Position numbers and translations under genes: made by a program. The notes under the pieces are model-generated. The model was not told the origin of the DNA. It saw nothing but the letters and a program-made list of their open reading frames with translations, and did no database searches. This document shows, piece after piece, positions 1 through 13,370 of a DNA stretch of 64,000 bases (within the stretch, counting starts at the first letter, position 1; each line of letters begins with the position of its first letter). Source of the DNA: the human T2T-CHM13v2.0 reference genome, Homo sapiens; NCBI RefSeq assembly GCF_009914755.1, contig NC_060933.1. The stretch is one strand, 5' to 3'.

Positions 1-239
1 TTGTCTTCAGGATGGTTTTCTCATGAATGAGTTGAGTACAATTTTAACTCTTGTTAAGAAAAACTCTGAGCATTTTGCCTTTACACACGTTCATCAATTT
101 CTCTAGTAATTTACTTGCTAGCTTTGAATTTCTTCTAGGAGTAGAAAGTGAAGTGCCTGATGTATTGTGTTTGATTGTGCCCTTCTCCCTCAAATCACTT
201 CTGAATATAAATGGATATTGTTTTTCCTTTTCCTCTAAG

Positions 240-1345
240 ATTAGTTATGTCCATTTGATCCTTTGCCTAATGATGAAGGACAGTTTCCATCTCTGTATCA
301 GATGATCCCAAGGAATCATCTTTGCCTCTTGGCATGGTGAAGCTGTTGCAGCATTTTAGCTAGATCTGGTAGGGCTGCTTGTCTCGGATGACATAAAAGG
401 TGGGCATTTTCGGCCAGGCACGGTGGCTCACGCCTGTAATCCCAGCTCTTTGGAGGGCCAAGGCTGGTGGATCACCTGAAGTCGGGAGTTGGAGACCAGC
501 CTGACCAACATGGAGAAACCCCGTCTCTACTAAAAATAGAAAAATTAGCTGGGTATGGCGGTGCATGCCTGTAATCCCAGCTACTCAGGAGGCTGAGGCG
601 GGAGAATCGCTTTAACCCGGGAGGCAGAGGTTGCTGTGAGCCGAGATTGCACCTCTGCACTCCAGCCTGGGCGACACAGCTAGACTCCGTCTCAAAAAAA
701 AAAGAAAAAAAAAAAAAGTGGGCATTTTTTCTAGGAACTGAGAGAAGTGGCCAGGGAAGGCATCTATTCAGGCTTTACAAAGAAACTGTCTTGGAGGGTG
801 TTCTGCCATCAGCAGGCAGGATAACATTGGCCAAGACTGAAGATCCATCAACAAATGTGACTGCTGTCTGTGGTAACACAGACCCCCTAATCCTCCTGAC
901 GTTCTGGGATGGAATACTTTGAAAACGTGGAAAGCGTGTGTTACCACCTCCCAGTGGGACTTTATCACACATGGGGGAAGTTTCATACTTAATCCATTCC
1001 ATGGGACTCTCACTTTTTCAAAGCAGAACAGTGAGATGCCTGGCTTCCAGCATTTTGTTCAGACAGCCCTTCCGCACACCCAGAACACATTTTCCATAAT
1101 AAACCGTGGCTTTTTTCCTTGGATTGCTTCCTTTCTGATTCTGGCTGTGAAACCCTAGGAGGTTGCCCACGAAATGCTTTCTTGGGTCCTGTGCCTTTGC
1201 GTTGCTTTGACTGGATTGCATCTGATTTCATTAAGACCATCTATGATGCTGCGTGTGCAGCCAATGCCCTATGCTAAGTGCTGCTTTTAGAAATACAGTG
1301 GGATATGAGGAAAATGTAGATGCAGTGCTGTTTCATCCCTGGCAG
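240..1345 (+). pseudogene. V2R (VN2R-family) pseudogene, exon 3-like (Venus-flytrap domain), split by an Alu at 412-717
   Basis: Acceptor ttttcctctaag|240 and donor CAG|gtaatg at 1345. Frame-hopping translation gives V2R motifs PFDP..NDEGQFPSLYQM, LLVSDD, NVTAVCGNTD, VTTSQWDF..FHGTLTFS..MPGFQHFVQT and LFHPWQ. Several frameshifts and stops. Confidence 0.88.
412..717 (+). mobile_element. AluS (Sp-like) inserted in V2R exon 3
   Basis: Full dimer with A-tail. Approximate TSD aaaag(g)tgggcatttt. Confidence 0.95.
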
Positions 1346-1556
1346 GTAATGATTTCCGCTAGGGCATTGTCGGCCCTGGAGCCCATCGATTCTTGAAACA
1401 TATAGTCATAAATGAGATTTTCTCAAAACCTGCATAATAACGCAGGCAAAACACATTGAAATTTTACATTCTGAATATAAATTCTGAAAATGAATATGTC
1501 TACTTGCTTTTACAATGAGAAACCATATATAGTCCGGAGAGTTTTCAGTTTTGATA

Positions 1557-1583
1557 TGTGTGTGTGTGTGTGTATGTGTGTGT
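1557..1583. repeat. (TG)n microsatellite
   Basis: Direct reading. Confidence 0.85.
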
Positions 1584-1867
1584 ATAAATGATCGTCACAT
1601 AGATATCTCTGGCTAGAAGAAACTTTGTCATATTTGTTCTAAGATTAAATGTTTGTCCCGTATTTCCAATACTCATTTTCAATCTGATTTAAATTTTTTG
1701 ATCTATGATATTAACTGTCTAGAAATGACTGGGGAAAAGAAATTAGTTTTGAGCCCTTACTTTGTGTTCAGCATAAATGGTGATTATATTTTTTCTTTTA
1801 ATTCAAAATAACATTAAGAGATATGAATTGCTATTTCTATTTTATGTATGAGAAAAACTCATATTCA

Positions 1868-2302
<435 letters not shown>

Positions 2303-2382
2303 TCAGGGAGGAACAATGCTTCAGTTAACGTTTCATAGCATAATGCATTTGTTTTTATTACTCCCTGATGCATCCCTTTTAG

Positions 2383-2600
2383 CTTTACTCTCTTAAGGAC
2401 CACGGAATTTATGACCAGTGCTGATGATCAGGTACCCAGATTAGAATAGGAACTCTGTTGCATAGTATGATATTCTGAATTATTGTAATTTGCCTGATGG
2501 TCTCCAACATCAAGGGAAGTTAGGAGAATGTGTTTTCCACGTGGTCAAGATTTTACCATACACGAGGAAAGGATCAAATGGGCCATTGTTGTTTTCAGAG
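2383..2600 (+). pseudogene. V2R pseudogene, exon 4-like
   Basis: ccttttag|2383 ... GAG|gttagt at 2600 (218 bp). Encodes YDILNYCNLPDGLQHQGKLGE and GQDFTIHEERIKWA, matching the V2R exon 4 pattern YDIxNxWNFPxG..KIG / IEWA. Disrupted frame. Confidence 0.8.
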
Positions 2601-2829
2601 GTTAGTCACAATTTCAAAGATAGCTTTTTACTGAATATGGATACCAGAATAGAGTTGATTCATGCAGGTAATTTCACCTGATTTGAACCCTCTATGTAGT
2701 TGATATGTATACACGCCTATACATATGTATGTTGATACGTATCCCACCTATACACGCTTCTACCTTTTAATATTTCTTATTCATTGCTTACCGAAGAACA
2801 AACATTAAATTGCATAATAAAATGACAAC

Positions 2830-3075
2830 GATGGTAATAATGGTAGTGAATAATCATTAACTATGTGCCAAGCATTGTTTTAGTGGTTTTATGTATGTCT
2901 GTTATATTACTCAGAACGCTGCTATGAGTCAGATCCCTTTCATATTTGTTTTAGATAAGAAAAGGGGTGCAAAGGAACGTTAAGTAACTTATTCACCATT
3001 ATACTCTTAGTGATGAGTCACAATTTTAACCAAAGGAGTTCCTGTCAAAATCCATGGTTTTAACCACAATACTGT
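2830..3075. mobile_element. MIR fragment
   Basis: actatgtgccaagcattg and gttaagtaactt resemble the MIR core. Edges approximate. Confidence 0.55.
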
Positions 3076-3468
3076 ATTGGTCCTCAGATTTTTATATCTT
3101 ATTAAATAATATATTTCTTTCTAAATTTATTTTATTATTTTATCACTACACATGTAACAAAAATGCATTAAATAATATATTTCTAAAATTAAATGTTTTG
3201 TTTTTATTTCTACATAAAAATATTTTTGATATTCTGAATTTCTATTATCTTCCTCATTGTTATAATTAAGATTGTCTTGGTTTTTATAGTCAATGATACT
3301 AACTCTAAACAGTAAGTTTTGTGTCTTTATTTCAAATCCTTTTGTTATTTTATAGGAGCTCAATTTTCATCTTTGTGCATATCATACCCCTTTCAAATGG
3401 AATAATTCTTATATTTCACCTTGATGCTTTCTGTATATTTCTGGTAATAACTTTACTTGTACTGTTAG

Positions 3469-3786
<318 letters not shown>

Positions 3787-3959
3787 ACAGGTTACTCAGA
3801 CATTCTTTTATGAATTACAAGTTAGTTTGGTGTCTACTAAAATGCGTATGATTTTCTGTAATGATTTGTTAGTATAGATTATTAAATTTATATATATGTA
3901 TATATGTATACTTATTAACTAATCCTTGCTTTCCTAGGATAAACTGAAATTGATCATAA

Positions 3960-4300
3960 TTTTTAATAGACATTATTTTTTAGAGTAGTTTCACGTTTTA
4001 AAAAATTTGAAGAGAAAGTACAAAGAGTATATATACCTCCCTTCTTCCCCGTTTCTCTATAATTTGTATTTTCTATAACACTTTGCGTTAGGGTGATGCA
4101 TGTGTTACAATTGAGGAACCAACATTGATACACTATTATTAACTGAAATCCATACTTTAGGGTTCAGTCTGTGTTATAGAATTTTATGGGTGTTGACAAA
4201 TTTATAATGTCATGTATCCACTATTGCAGTATCAGACAAAATATTATGGCTGCCTTCAAAGTCCCTTATGCTCCACCTATCCATCCCTCCTTCCTTCTCC
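3960..4300 (-). mobile_element. Old L1 (L1MC-like) 3' fragment
   Basis: gttacaattgaggaaccaacattgatacactattattaactgaaatccata pattern. Confidence 0.6.
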
Positions 4301-4575
4301 ACCAGGATGCTTTCTTTAATATTTTGTGGTACACAGGGTATTTATATCCATATTCCTAACTGGAAATGTTCTCTAATTTTACTTTACCATTCTACGATTT
4401 GTTTTGTTATCAATGGTATGCTAGCTTCTCAAATCGAGGAGTCTTTTTCTAATTTATTAAAAGATGAAAATTTACTATTTCTTGAACACTGTTATTTGGG
4501 TATAAGATCACATGGCTCTGGTATGTATCTTGTGGCTCTATTTTTAACAACTAACTCTATTTTAAATTATTATTG

Positions 4576-5262
<687 letters not shown>

Positions 5263-6128
5263 TATTGTTTATTTTAACTTTGTATTTCTCCTTCAGCTGA
5301 TGTATAAGTTCTAAGTTATAGGTTTTGTGTTTAAATTTTTTATTTCTTCTTGATCCATTAGTTATTTATACATATATTTAAAATGTAAAAAAATTAGGAT
5401 TTTGATTTTGTTGATTGATTACTAATTTAATTGTATTGTAGACAAGAGTCTTGCTCTTTAGCCAGTGAATGCTCAATTTTAATGAACTGTCCATGTGTAC
5501 TTGTGAAAAATGAGTAGTCACTGACTTGGAGGTTCAGAGTTCTGTGCATGTTTATTATATCAGTCTTATTCATTATGTTCCTTAAATTACTTGTATTCTT
5601 CTTTACATTATGTCTAATTAAACTCTTTATTCATGAGGGAGATACATTGATATCTACCATCATGGATAGATTTGTCAAATTTGTCAATTTCTCCTTGTTA
5701 TTCCACTGCACAGTTTGTGTTTGAATTGGACTATATGCATATAAAGGCAGATGCTCAATCCTTATATCCTGTTGAGTTCAACTCATGAAATAAAAAGTAA
5801 CCAGTATAATTTAGCCATTTTTATTCTACTTTATATGTAACTTGATATTTATCACGTATATTATTTCTTTGTATTTTTATATGATCTGTCTAAAATGTAC
5901 AAAAAATTTCCATGTTACTAATTTTTCAGATATTACTGTTAAGTGGTAGCATGCTGCCATGACATAGCTGAATTTCCACACTGCCCTAACTCTGCTTATC
6001 TTTAAAAAACACGACACTTGCTCTAGGAAGTTCCCTTTGTAACCAGACCCACTGACACTTGTTAGAACCAGGATAGCTAAAGCCTCAGGCTTCATTATAA
6101 TCTCATTTCCATGCTAAATGGCACTCCT

Positions 6129-6445
6129 GGCCAGGCACGGTTGTACATCCCTGTAATCCAAGCCCTTTGGGAGGCCAATGTAGGAGGATTGCTTGAGCAC
6201 AAGAATTTGAGACCAGCCTGGTCAACAGAATAAGACCTGGTCTCCACAAAAAAAAAAAAAAAAAAAAAAAAATTTAAAATTACCCAAGTGTGGTGTCACA
6301 CACCTATAGTCTCAGCTACTCAGAAGGCTAAAGGGGGTGGATCACTTAGGCCCGGGAGTTCAAGGCTGCAGCGAGCCATGATTGCACCACTGCACTCAAG
6401 CCTGGGCAACAGAGCAAGGCCCCATCTCTTAAAATAGAAAAGAAA
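6129..6445 (+). mobile_element. AluJ with expanded middle A-run
   Basis: gaggattgcttgagc and gttcaaggctgcag are J-type diagnostics. Confidence 0.9.
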
Positions 6446-6760
<315 letters not shown>

Positions 6761-7713
6761 TCATCATGACGCTGACCAGAAATCATAAAAGTTCAAAAAG
6801 GAAGGTGGCACTAGGAGTTCTGTGAAGTTGCTGCTCATTCCTGGAAAATGCATGAATATTCTTCCCCTTGCTTTTAATGTCCAATCCCTTCATTAGAGAA
6901 ACCCTGTATTTTATTTTAACCTCCTCACCTCTCATTAGTCGAGAAGTGATTTGTGAGCCATGCTTCTGCTTCTCAAGTCCACGGCCATCAAGTAAAGCTT
7001 GCACTGCTTGGTGCTCACCTTCAGTTTTGTGTATTGCCTTTGCAGCACCGAACAAGTAAAGACCCCATTTTTGGAGGAAGTGGCTTTGTTTGATAGCATT
7101 GCTATGGCTATTAACATGCATATTAGCTCATCCCATAATTCTAATGTTTATATTTATATTTTTTATTTTTTTAAGAATCTTGCTGATTGATTTTGTTCAT
7201 CTCCCAATTCCTGCTCACAATTTGACACCCTATTTGTTTCCTTAAAGAGTTTAAGCCTATACATATTTTGATCCTATATCTGAAAATTATAAAGTCTAAA
7301 ATGCCTTCTGGTTGCATTTTGTTGTTTGTTGTTTATGTTGACTCTTCATTGTGTGGTTTACATGTTCATTTGGTCTTAGTGTCTGTATAACTTCATGGTG
7401 AGTAATAAATATTTCGAGGATCAGTCCCTCTTACAGGATTGCCTGTGTTTCATCCAAGCACCTGCGTTGTTAATAATCAGAAGACATTTAATTTATGCAC
7501 TTAAAGTTTTCCTTGACTATACAAATACATTTAAAATTAAATCCCAAACCAGTATGAAGACAAGTTTTTGAATAAAAATTTCTCAGAAGAGACATTTTTC
7601 TCTTTTGCCACCCAGACTCCAAACTGAGGCTGAGAACTTATCTCCTTTCACTGGCAAGAAGATTTTTTTGTTTTCTTTTTCCTAGATCATTTCCCCATGA
7701 AAGTAGGCCTTCA

Positions 7714-7834
7714 GGCCGGGCACGGTGGCTCACGCCTGTAATCCCAGCACTTTGGGAGGCCGAGGCAGGTGGATCATGAGGTCAGGAGATCGAGACCATC
7801 ATGGCTAACATGGTGAAACCCCGTCTCTACTAAA
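7714..7834 (+). mobile_element. Alu left arm only (Y/Sc-like), abruptly truncated
   Basis: Ends at ctctactaaa. No right arm, tail or downstream TSD. Confidence 0.9.
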
Positions 7835-8040
7835 GAGATTACATTGTCTTAGATCAGGACGGCCAAGTGGAAGTGACAAGAAGTGATTAGAATTAGGAAG
7901 TATTTTGATGGGAGAGTGAAGAGGATTCGCTGATGTATTAGTTGTGTTTTTTTGTGAAGTAAAAAATCATGAGTAATGCCCAGATTCTGGACCAGTGCAA
8001 CTTAATGTCTCATGGTCAATCTAATGGGAGTTTGAGGGGG
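7835..8040. mobile_element. L2 fragment
   Basis: gaagtga..attttga..ggattcgctgatg.attag resembles the L2 3' region. Confidence 0.5.
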
Positions 8041-8487
8041 TGTTTTTTTTTAATTTTGAAAAAAGCAGTATGCCTTGGTCATTGCAGTATTTCTAGAATT
8101 CAACTAAGGGTCTGGCTCGCCAGTTAAAGCTTTCTTGTGTAAACGAATAAATTTCTTGTATAAATGAACAAATTTAAGGCTTAGCCTGCCAAATAGATAT
8201 TTGGAATGTCTTAAAGATTGTAATGGTCTCATCATCAGATAAAAAATAGGAGTAGCATGCACATCTATGTAAAAGATTAAAAAAAATCTTTCTTCATATA
8301 AATGACAAGGGGGATAAATACTGCTAAACTGGAATGAGTTAATTTGTAAAATCTTATAATTTCATGAAGTATGGAGAATAGGTGGACAATGTGCTTTAAG
8401 ATGACTAATGTTATCATTGTTTAGTCCTGTGGAAAAAGGAAGCATTTCAGAACTTGAGACAATAAGCTTTTGACTTTTTAAAATCAG

Positions 8488-9687
8488 ACTCCAATGAATG
8501 TGCAAAATGCCCAGACAACCAGTATTCAGTGAGAGCGATCACTGCCTCACAGAGATGTGACCTTCCTGGACTTTGAAGATGCACTGGGGACAGCACTGGC
8601 CAGCATAGCTCTCTGTTTCTCTGTCCTCACTGCCATTGATATGGTTTCGCTGTGTCCCCACCCTAATCTCATCTTGAATTATAGCTCCCATAATTCCCAC
8701 ATGTTGTGAGAGGGAGCTGGTGGGAGATAATTGAATCATGGGCGCAGTTGCTCCCATACTGTTCTAAGTCTCACAAGATCTGATAATTTTATTAAAAGGC
8801 TTCCCCTTTTGCTTGGCTCTCGTGCTCCCTTGCAGGCCGCCATGGTAAGACGTACCTTTCACCTTCAGCCGTGATTGTGAGGCCTCCCCAGCCACGTGGA
8901 ACTGTGTGTCCATTAAGGCTCTCTTCCTTTATAAATTACCCAGTCTCTGATATATCTTTATCAGCAGTGTGAAAATGGACTAATACAGCCATGGTTCTTA
9001 TGATCTTTGTGAAGCACATACACACACTCATAGTCAAGACTCTCAGCGACATCTCTCTGTCTGTTTTCTTCTGCTCCTTGCTCTTCACTGGCTGTACAAA
9101 CACAGTCACTTGTAACCTCTGACAGACAACATTTGGAATCATTTTTACTGTGGTTGTTTCAACTGCGTTAGCTAAAACTATCACTGTGCTTATAGCCTGT
9201 AAGGCTACAGCATCAGAGAGAAAGCCAAAGTGGTTTTGGGGACCGGGAGTATTTAGCACAGTTATTTTCATCTGTTTCCTTATCCAAGTAACTCTCTGGA
9301 ATTTGGCATGGGATCAAAGAGTGCCATCAGGATTCTCAATGATGAGGTATTCTTTGCCTTCCACTCTGTTCTGGGATTCTTGACCTTTTTGGCACTGGGG
9401 AGCTTCATCTTGGCTTTCCTGGCCAGGAGCCTGCCTGACACCTTCAATGAAGCCAAGTTCTTGATGTTCAGCATGCTGATGTTATGTACTGTTTGAATTA
9501 CCTTCCATACTGTGTAACATAGCACCAAAGGGAAGGTCATGGTTGCCTTGGAAATATTCTCCACCTTGACTTCCAGTGCTGAGTGCTAGGTGGTATCTTT
9601 GCTCCCAGAGGCCGTATTATTCTAATAAAACCAGATAAGAATACTCTTGGAGAGTTAAGGGAAAAAAGCAAGTTCTTACATGTATAA
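8488..9687 (+). pseudogene. V2R pseudogene, exon 6-like (end of cysteine-rich domain and 7TM), split by a THE1 LTR
   Basis: aaatcag|8488. Encodes [98 protein letters not shown] and KGKVMVALEIFS. In-frame TGA/TAA stops and deletions. Candidate terminal TAA at 9685-9687 and AATAAA at 9712-9717. Confidence 0.95.
8637..8987 (+). mobile_element. THE1 (THE1B-like) solo LTR in V2R exon 6
   Basis: TGATATGGTTT.GCTGTGTCCCCACCC ... GGACTAATACA, with a perfect TSD gccat (8632-8636 and 8988-8992). Confidence 0.95.
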
Positions 9688-10829
9688 ATATTTAATTTCT
9701 GGCCTTAGAAAAATAAAAAAGAGGAATGTAAAAAATAACTGCTATTTGCATGCAGATGAGACAGTCACATTTAAGTAATATTTCAGACTGGTTTATAATC
9801 TCTTAACTCTGCCATCATATTCAAATAGTGTGAAATTCACAGTACCTTCAATCATCAAGTTTGTGAATATAAATATTAACTTCGATGTGTGTTTTCTGAA
9901 GGTTAAATTTATTATTAAATGCTGTAAGTTGTCCATTATATGCACAGTAACCCTTTTTATCTCTATCTTTAGCTACCATTTTGTCTTAGACACACATCTT
10001 AAGCAGAAAGTATTGAGGCAGTCCTCCACTCAACATCTCATTTAATTTTATGACTTTTTTCTAATTGGCGGGACAGATGGCATAAAGATTTATAATTTGT
10101 ATTTGAACTTTATTATATTTTTCTGTTTTCTTCTGACAAATATATGTAAAATTATAAAAATTTACCTGCAATTTATATATCTAAATTGCGGGAGGTAGGA
10201 GTCTAATATTACTTTTATCAAACAAACCAGACATTTGTCCCTAAATAATAATAGACTACACTTGTCTTATTGATTTTAAATGCAACTGTATTGTACTCTA
10301 CATTTTTGTGTTGTCAAAAATAACTCCATGTCAGTTTAGTTATCAACAAGCAATTTTAATATATGTGGGAGAACAATCAATAGATTATCATCAGAGATAA
10401 AAATTGGATTTATAAAACAAAAGGGCAAAGGCATTTAAAAAAAGTCTGAAAAATGAGTTTAGTTTTCTTTATCCTGAGTATACTGACTGACAAGAGGGAC
10501 ACTAAGGGGTCAGTCTCTGGGATAGTCAACAGAGAAAACTTTCAGTTATTTCTAGATTATCTGAAAAGGCTCGACAGTTCCGCTAGGACAAACTGTGTCC
10601 AGGCATTACGTGCCACTCTCCTTCTATAGCCACTCTGAACACAATTAAATCAGACTGCATCATATCCCTTTAAAATAGATCTTATATCCCTGTTTTCTTT
10701 GGTTAAAATCCAGCTCCTAGATGAACAGATTTTTCCTATAGAGGTTTTTTTTTTTTCTTCAACACTGTATTATGAGTTGAATGTCAGGTCAGGGTTACGG
10801 CTGTGAAGCAAGATATAAGAATCAAGATA

Positions 10830-11130
<301 letters not shown>

Positions 11131-11510
11131 TCAAGATAATGAGAAGGTTAAAAAAGATAAAAAGTTTGGGAATAATCCCAAGTATTTTAAGAAATATTTG
11201 GAGCTCACTTAGCATCTAAGTTTTTCTTGGGTTTAGCTTAACGAGAAAAATAACTCCTAAGATCAATTAAATCAATTTTACTTACCTAATGTTTATTCAG
11301 ATTCCAGATATTTCAGGTATGGTGAAGATTTTCTCTTGGAAGGACATTAAATTGCCAATTATCTATTATTTAGGACTATCCTAGTCAACACGTTGCTGCT
11401 ATTCTGTTGAGTTTCTAAAACCTGAAGTGCTTTGTTTACTGCGTAGTCCATAGTCAAGGATAAATTATGGATCACGTATGTTAGTTGGGAAACAACTTGG
11501 ATAAGGTAGA

Positions 11511-11583
11511 AACACCTACACACACAAACATACACATACACACATACACACAAACACACACACACACATACACACACTGACAC
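11511..11583. repeat. Degenerate (CA)n tract, left half; continues at 13371-13425 after the LTR12
   Basis: Direct reading. Confidence 0.8.
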
Positions 11584-13370
11584 TGTGTCCGGAATTGGTG
11601 GGTTCTTGGTCTCACTGACTTCAAGAATGAAGCCGCGGACCCTCGCCGTGAGTGTTACAGCTTTTAAGGTGGTGCATCTGGAGTCTGTCTCTTCTGATGT
11701 TCAGATGTGTTCAGAGTTTCTTCCTTCTAGTGGGTTCGTGGTCTCGCTGGCTCAGGAGTGAAGTTGCAGACCTTCACGGTGAGTGTTACAGCTCTTAAGG
11801 TGGCGCGTCCGGAGTTCGTTCCTCCTGGTGGGTTGGTGGTCTCACTGGGCTCAGGACTGAAGCTGCAAATCTTCGCGGTGAGTGTTACAGCTCATAAAAG
11901 CAGCGTGCACCCAAAGAATGAGCAGTAGCAAGATTTATTGCAAAGGGCAAAAGAACAAACCTTCCACACTGTAGAAGGGGACCCCAGCGGGTTGCCAATG
12001 CTGGCTCGGGCAGCCTGCTTTTATTCTCTTATCTGGCCCCACCCACATGCTGCTGATTGGTAGAGCCGAGTGACCTGTTTTAGCAGGGCGCTGATTGGTG
12101 CGTTTACAATCCCTGAGCTAGATACGAAGGTTCTCCACCTCCCCATCAGATTAGTTAGATATAGAGTTTCCACACACAGGTTCTCCAAGGCCCCACCAGA
12201 GCAGCTAGATACATACAGAGTGTCGATTGGTGCATTCACAAACCTTGAGCTAAACACAGGGTGCTGATTGGTGTATTTACAATCCCTGAGCTAGATATAA
12301 AGACTCTGCACGTCCTCACCAGAGCAGCTAGATACAGAGTGTCAATTGCTGCATTCATAAACCTTGAGCTAAACACAGGGTGCTGATTGGTGTGTTTACA
12401 AACCTTGAGCTAGATACAGAGTGCTGATTGGTGTATTTACAATCCTTGAGCTAGACATAAAGGTTCTCCACGTCCTCACCAGAGCAGCTAGATACAGAGT
12501 GTCGATTGGTGCACTCACAAACCTTGAGCTAAACACAGGGTGCTGATTGGTGTATTTACAATCCCTGAGCTAGAGATAAAGACTCTCCACGTCCTCACCA
12601 GAGCAGCTAGATACAGAGTGTCGATTGGTGCACTCACAAACCTTGAGCTAAACACAGGGTGCTGATTGGTGTATTTACAATCCCTGAGCTAGACATAAAG
12701 ACTCTCCACCTCCCCACCAGACTCAGGAGCCCAGCTGGCTTCACCTAGTGGATCCCACACCGGGGCTGCAGGTGGAGCTGCCTGCCAGTCCCGCGCCGTG
12801 CACTTGCACTCCTCAGCCCTAGGGTGGTCGATGGGACTGGGCTCCGTGGAGCAGGGGGCGGTGCTCGTCAGGGAGGCTCGGGCTGCACAGGAGCCCATGG
12901 AGTGGGTGGGAGGCTCAGGCATGGTGGGCTGCAGGTCCCAAGCCCTGCCCTGTGGGAAGGCAGCTAAGGCCCGGCGAGAAATTGAGCACAGCACCGGTGG
13001 GCCGGCACTGCTGGGGGACCCAGTACACCCTCCGCAGCCGCTGGCCCAGGTGCTAAGTCCCTCATTGCCCGGGGCCAGCAGGGCTGGCCGGCTGCTCCCA
13101 GTGTGGGGCCCGCCAAGCCCATGCCCACCCAGAACTCCAGCTGGCCCGCCAGCGCCACATGCAGCCCCGGTTCCCGCTCGTGCCTCCCCCTCCACACCTC
13201 CCTGCAAGCTGAAGGAGAGGGCTCCGGCCTTGGCCAGCCCAGAAAGGGGCTCCCACAGTGCAGTGGGGGCTGAAGGGCTCCTCAAATGCCGCCAAAGTGG
13301 GAGCCCAGGCAGGGGAGGTGCCGAGAACAAGCGAGGGCTCTGAAGACTGCCAGCACGCTATCACCTCTCA
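11584..13370 (-). mobile_element. Solo LTR12 (ERV9 LTR, LTR12C-like)
   Basis: The - strand begins TGAGAGGTGA and ends CCGGACACA. Tandem CCAAT repeats at about 12050-12710, GC-rich U3, U5 repeats and a 4-bp TSD acac. Confidence 0.96.

Noticed and set aside
8488-9687. Functional calcium-sensing or taste-type class C GPCR
   Set aside because: The motifs are V2R-type, and the frame has stops, frameshifts and an LTR insertion.
12050-12710. Regularly spaced repeats resembling a CRISPR array
   Set aside because: They are the internal CCAAT tandem repeats of LTR12. There are no unique spacers, no cas genes, and the DNA is eukaryotic.
12689-13343. 213-aa and 181-aa ORFs
   Set aside because: They lie wholly within the GC-rich U3 of LTR12, where stop-poor frames are expected.
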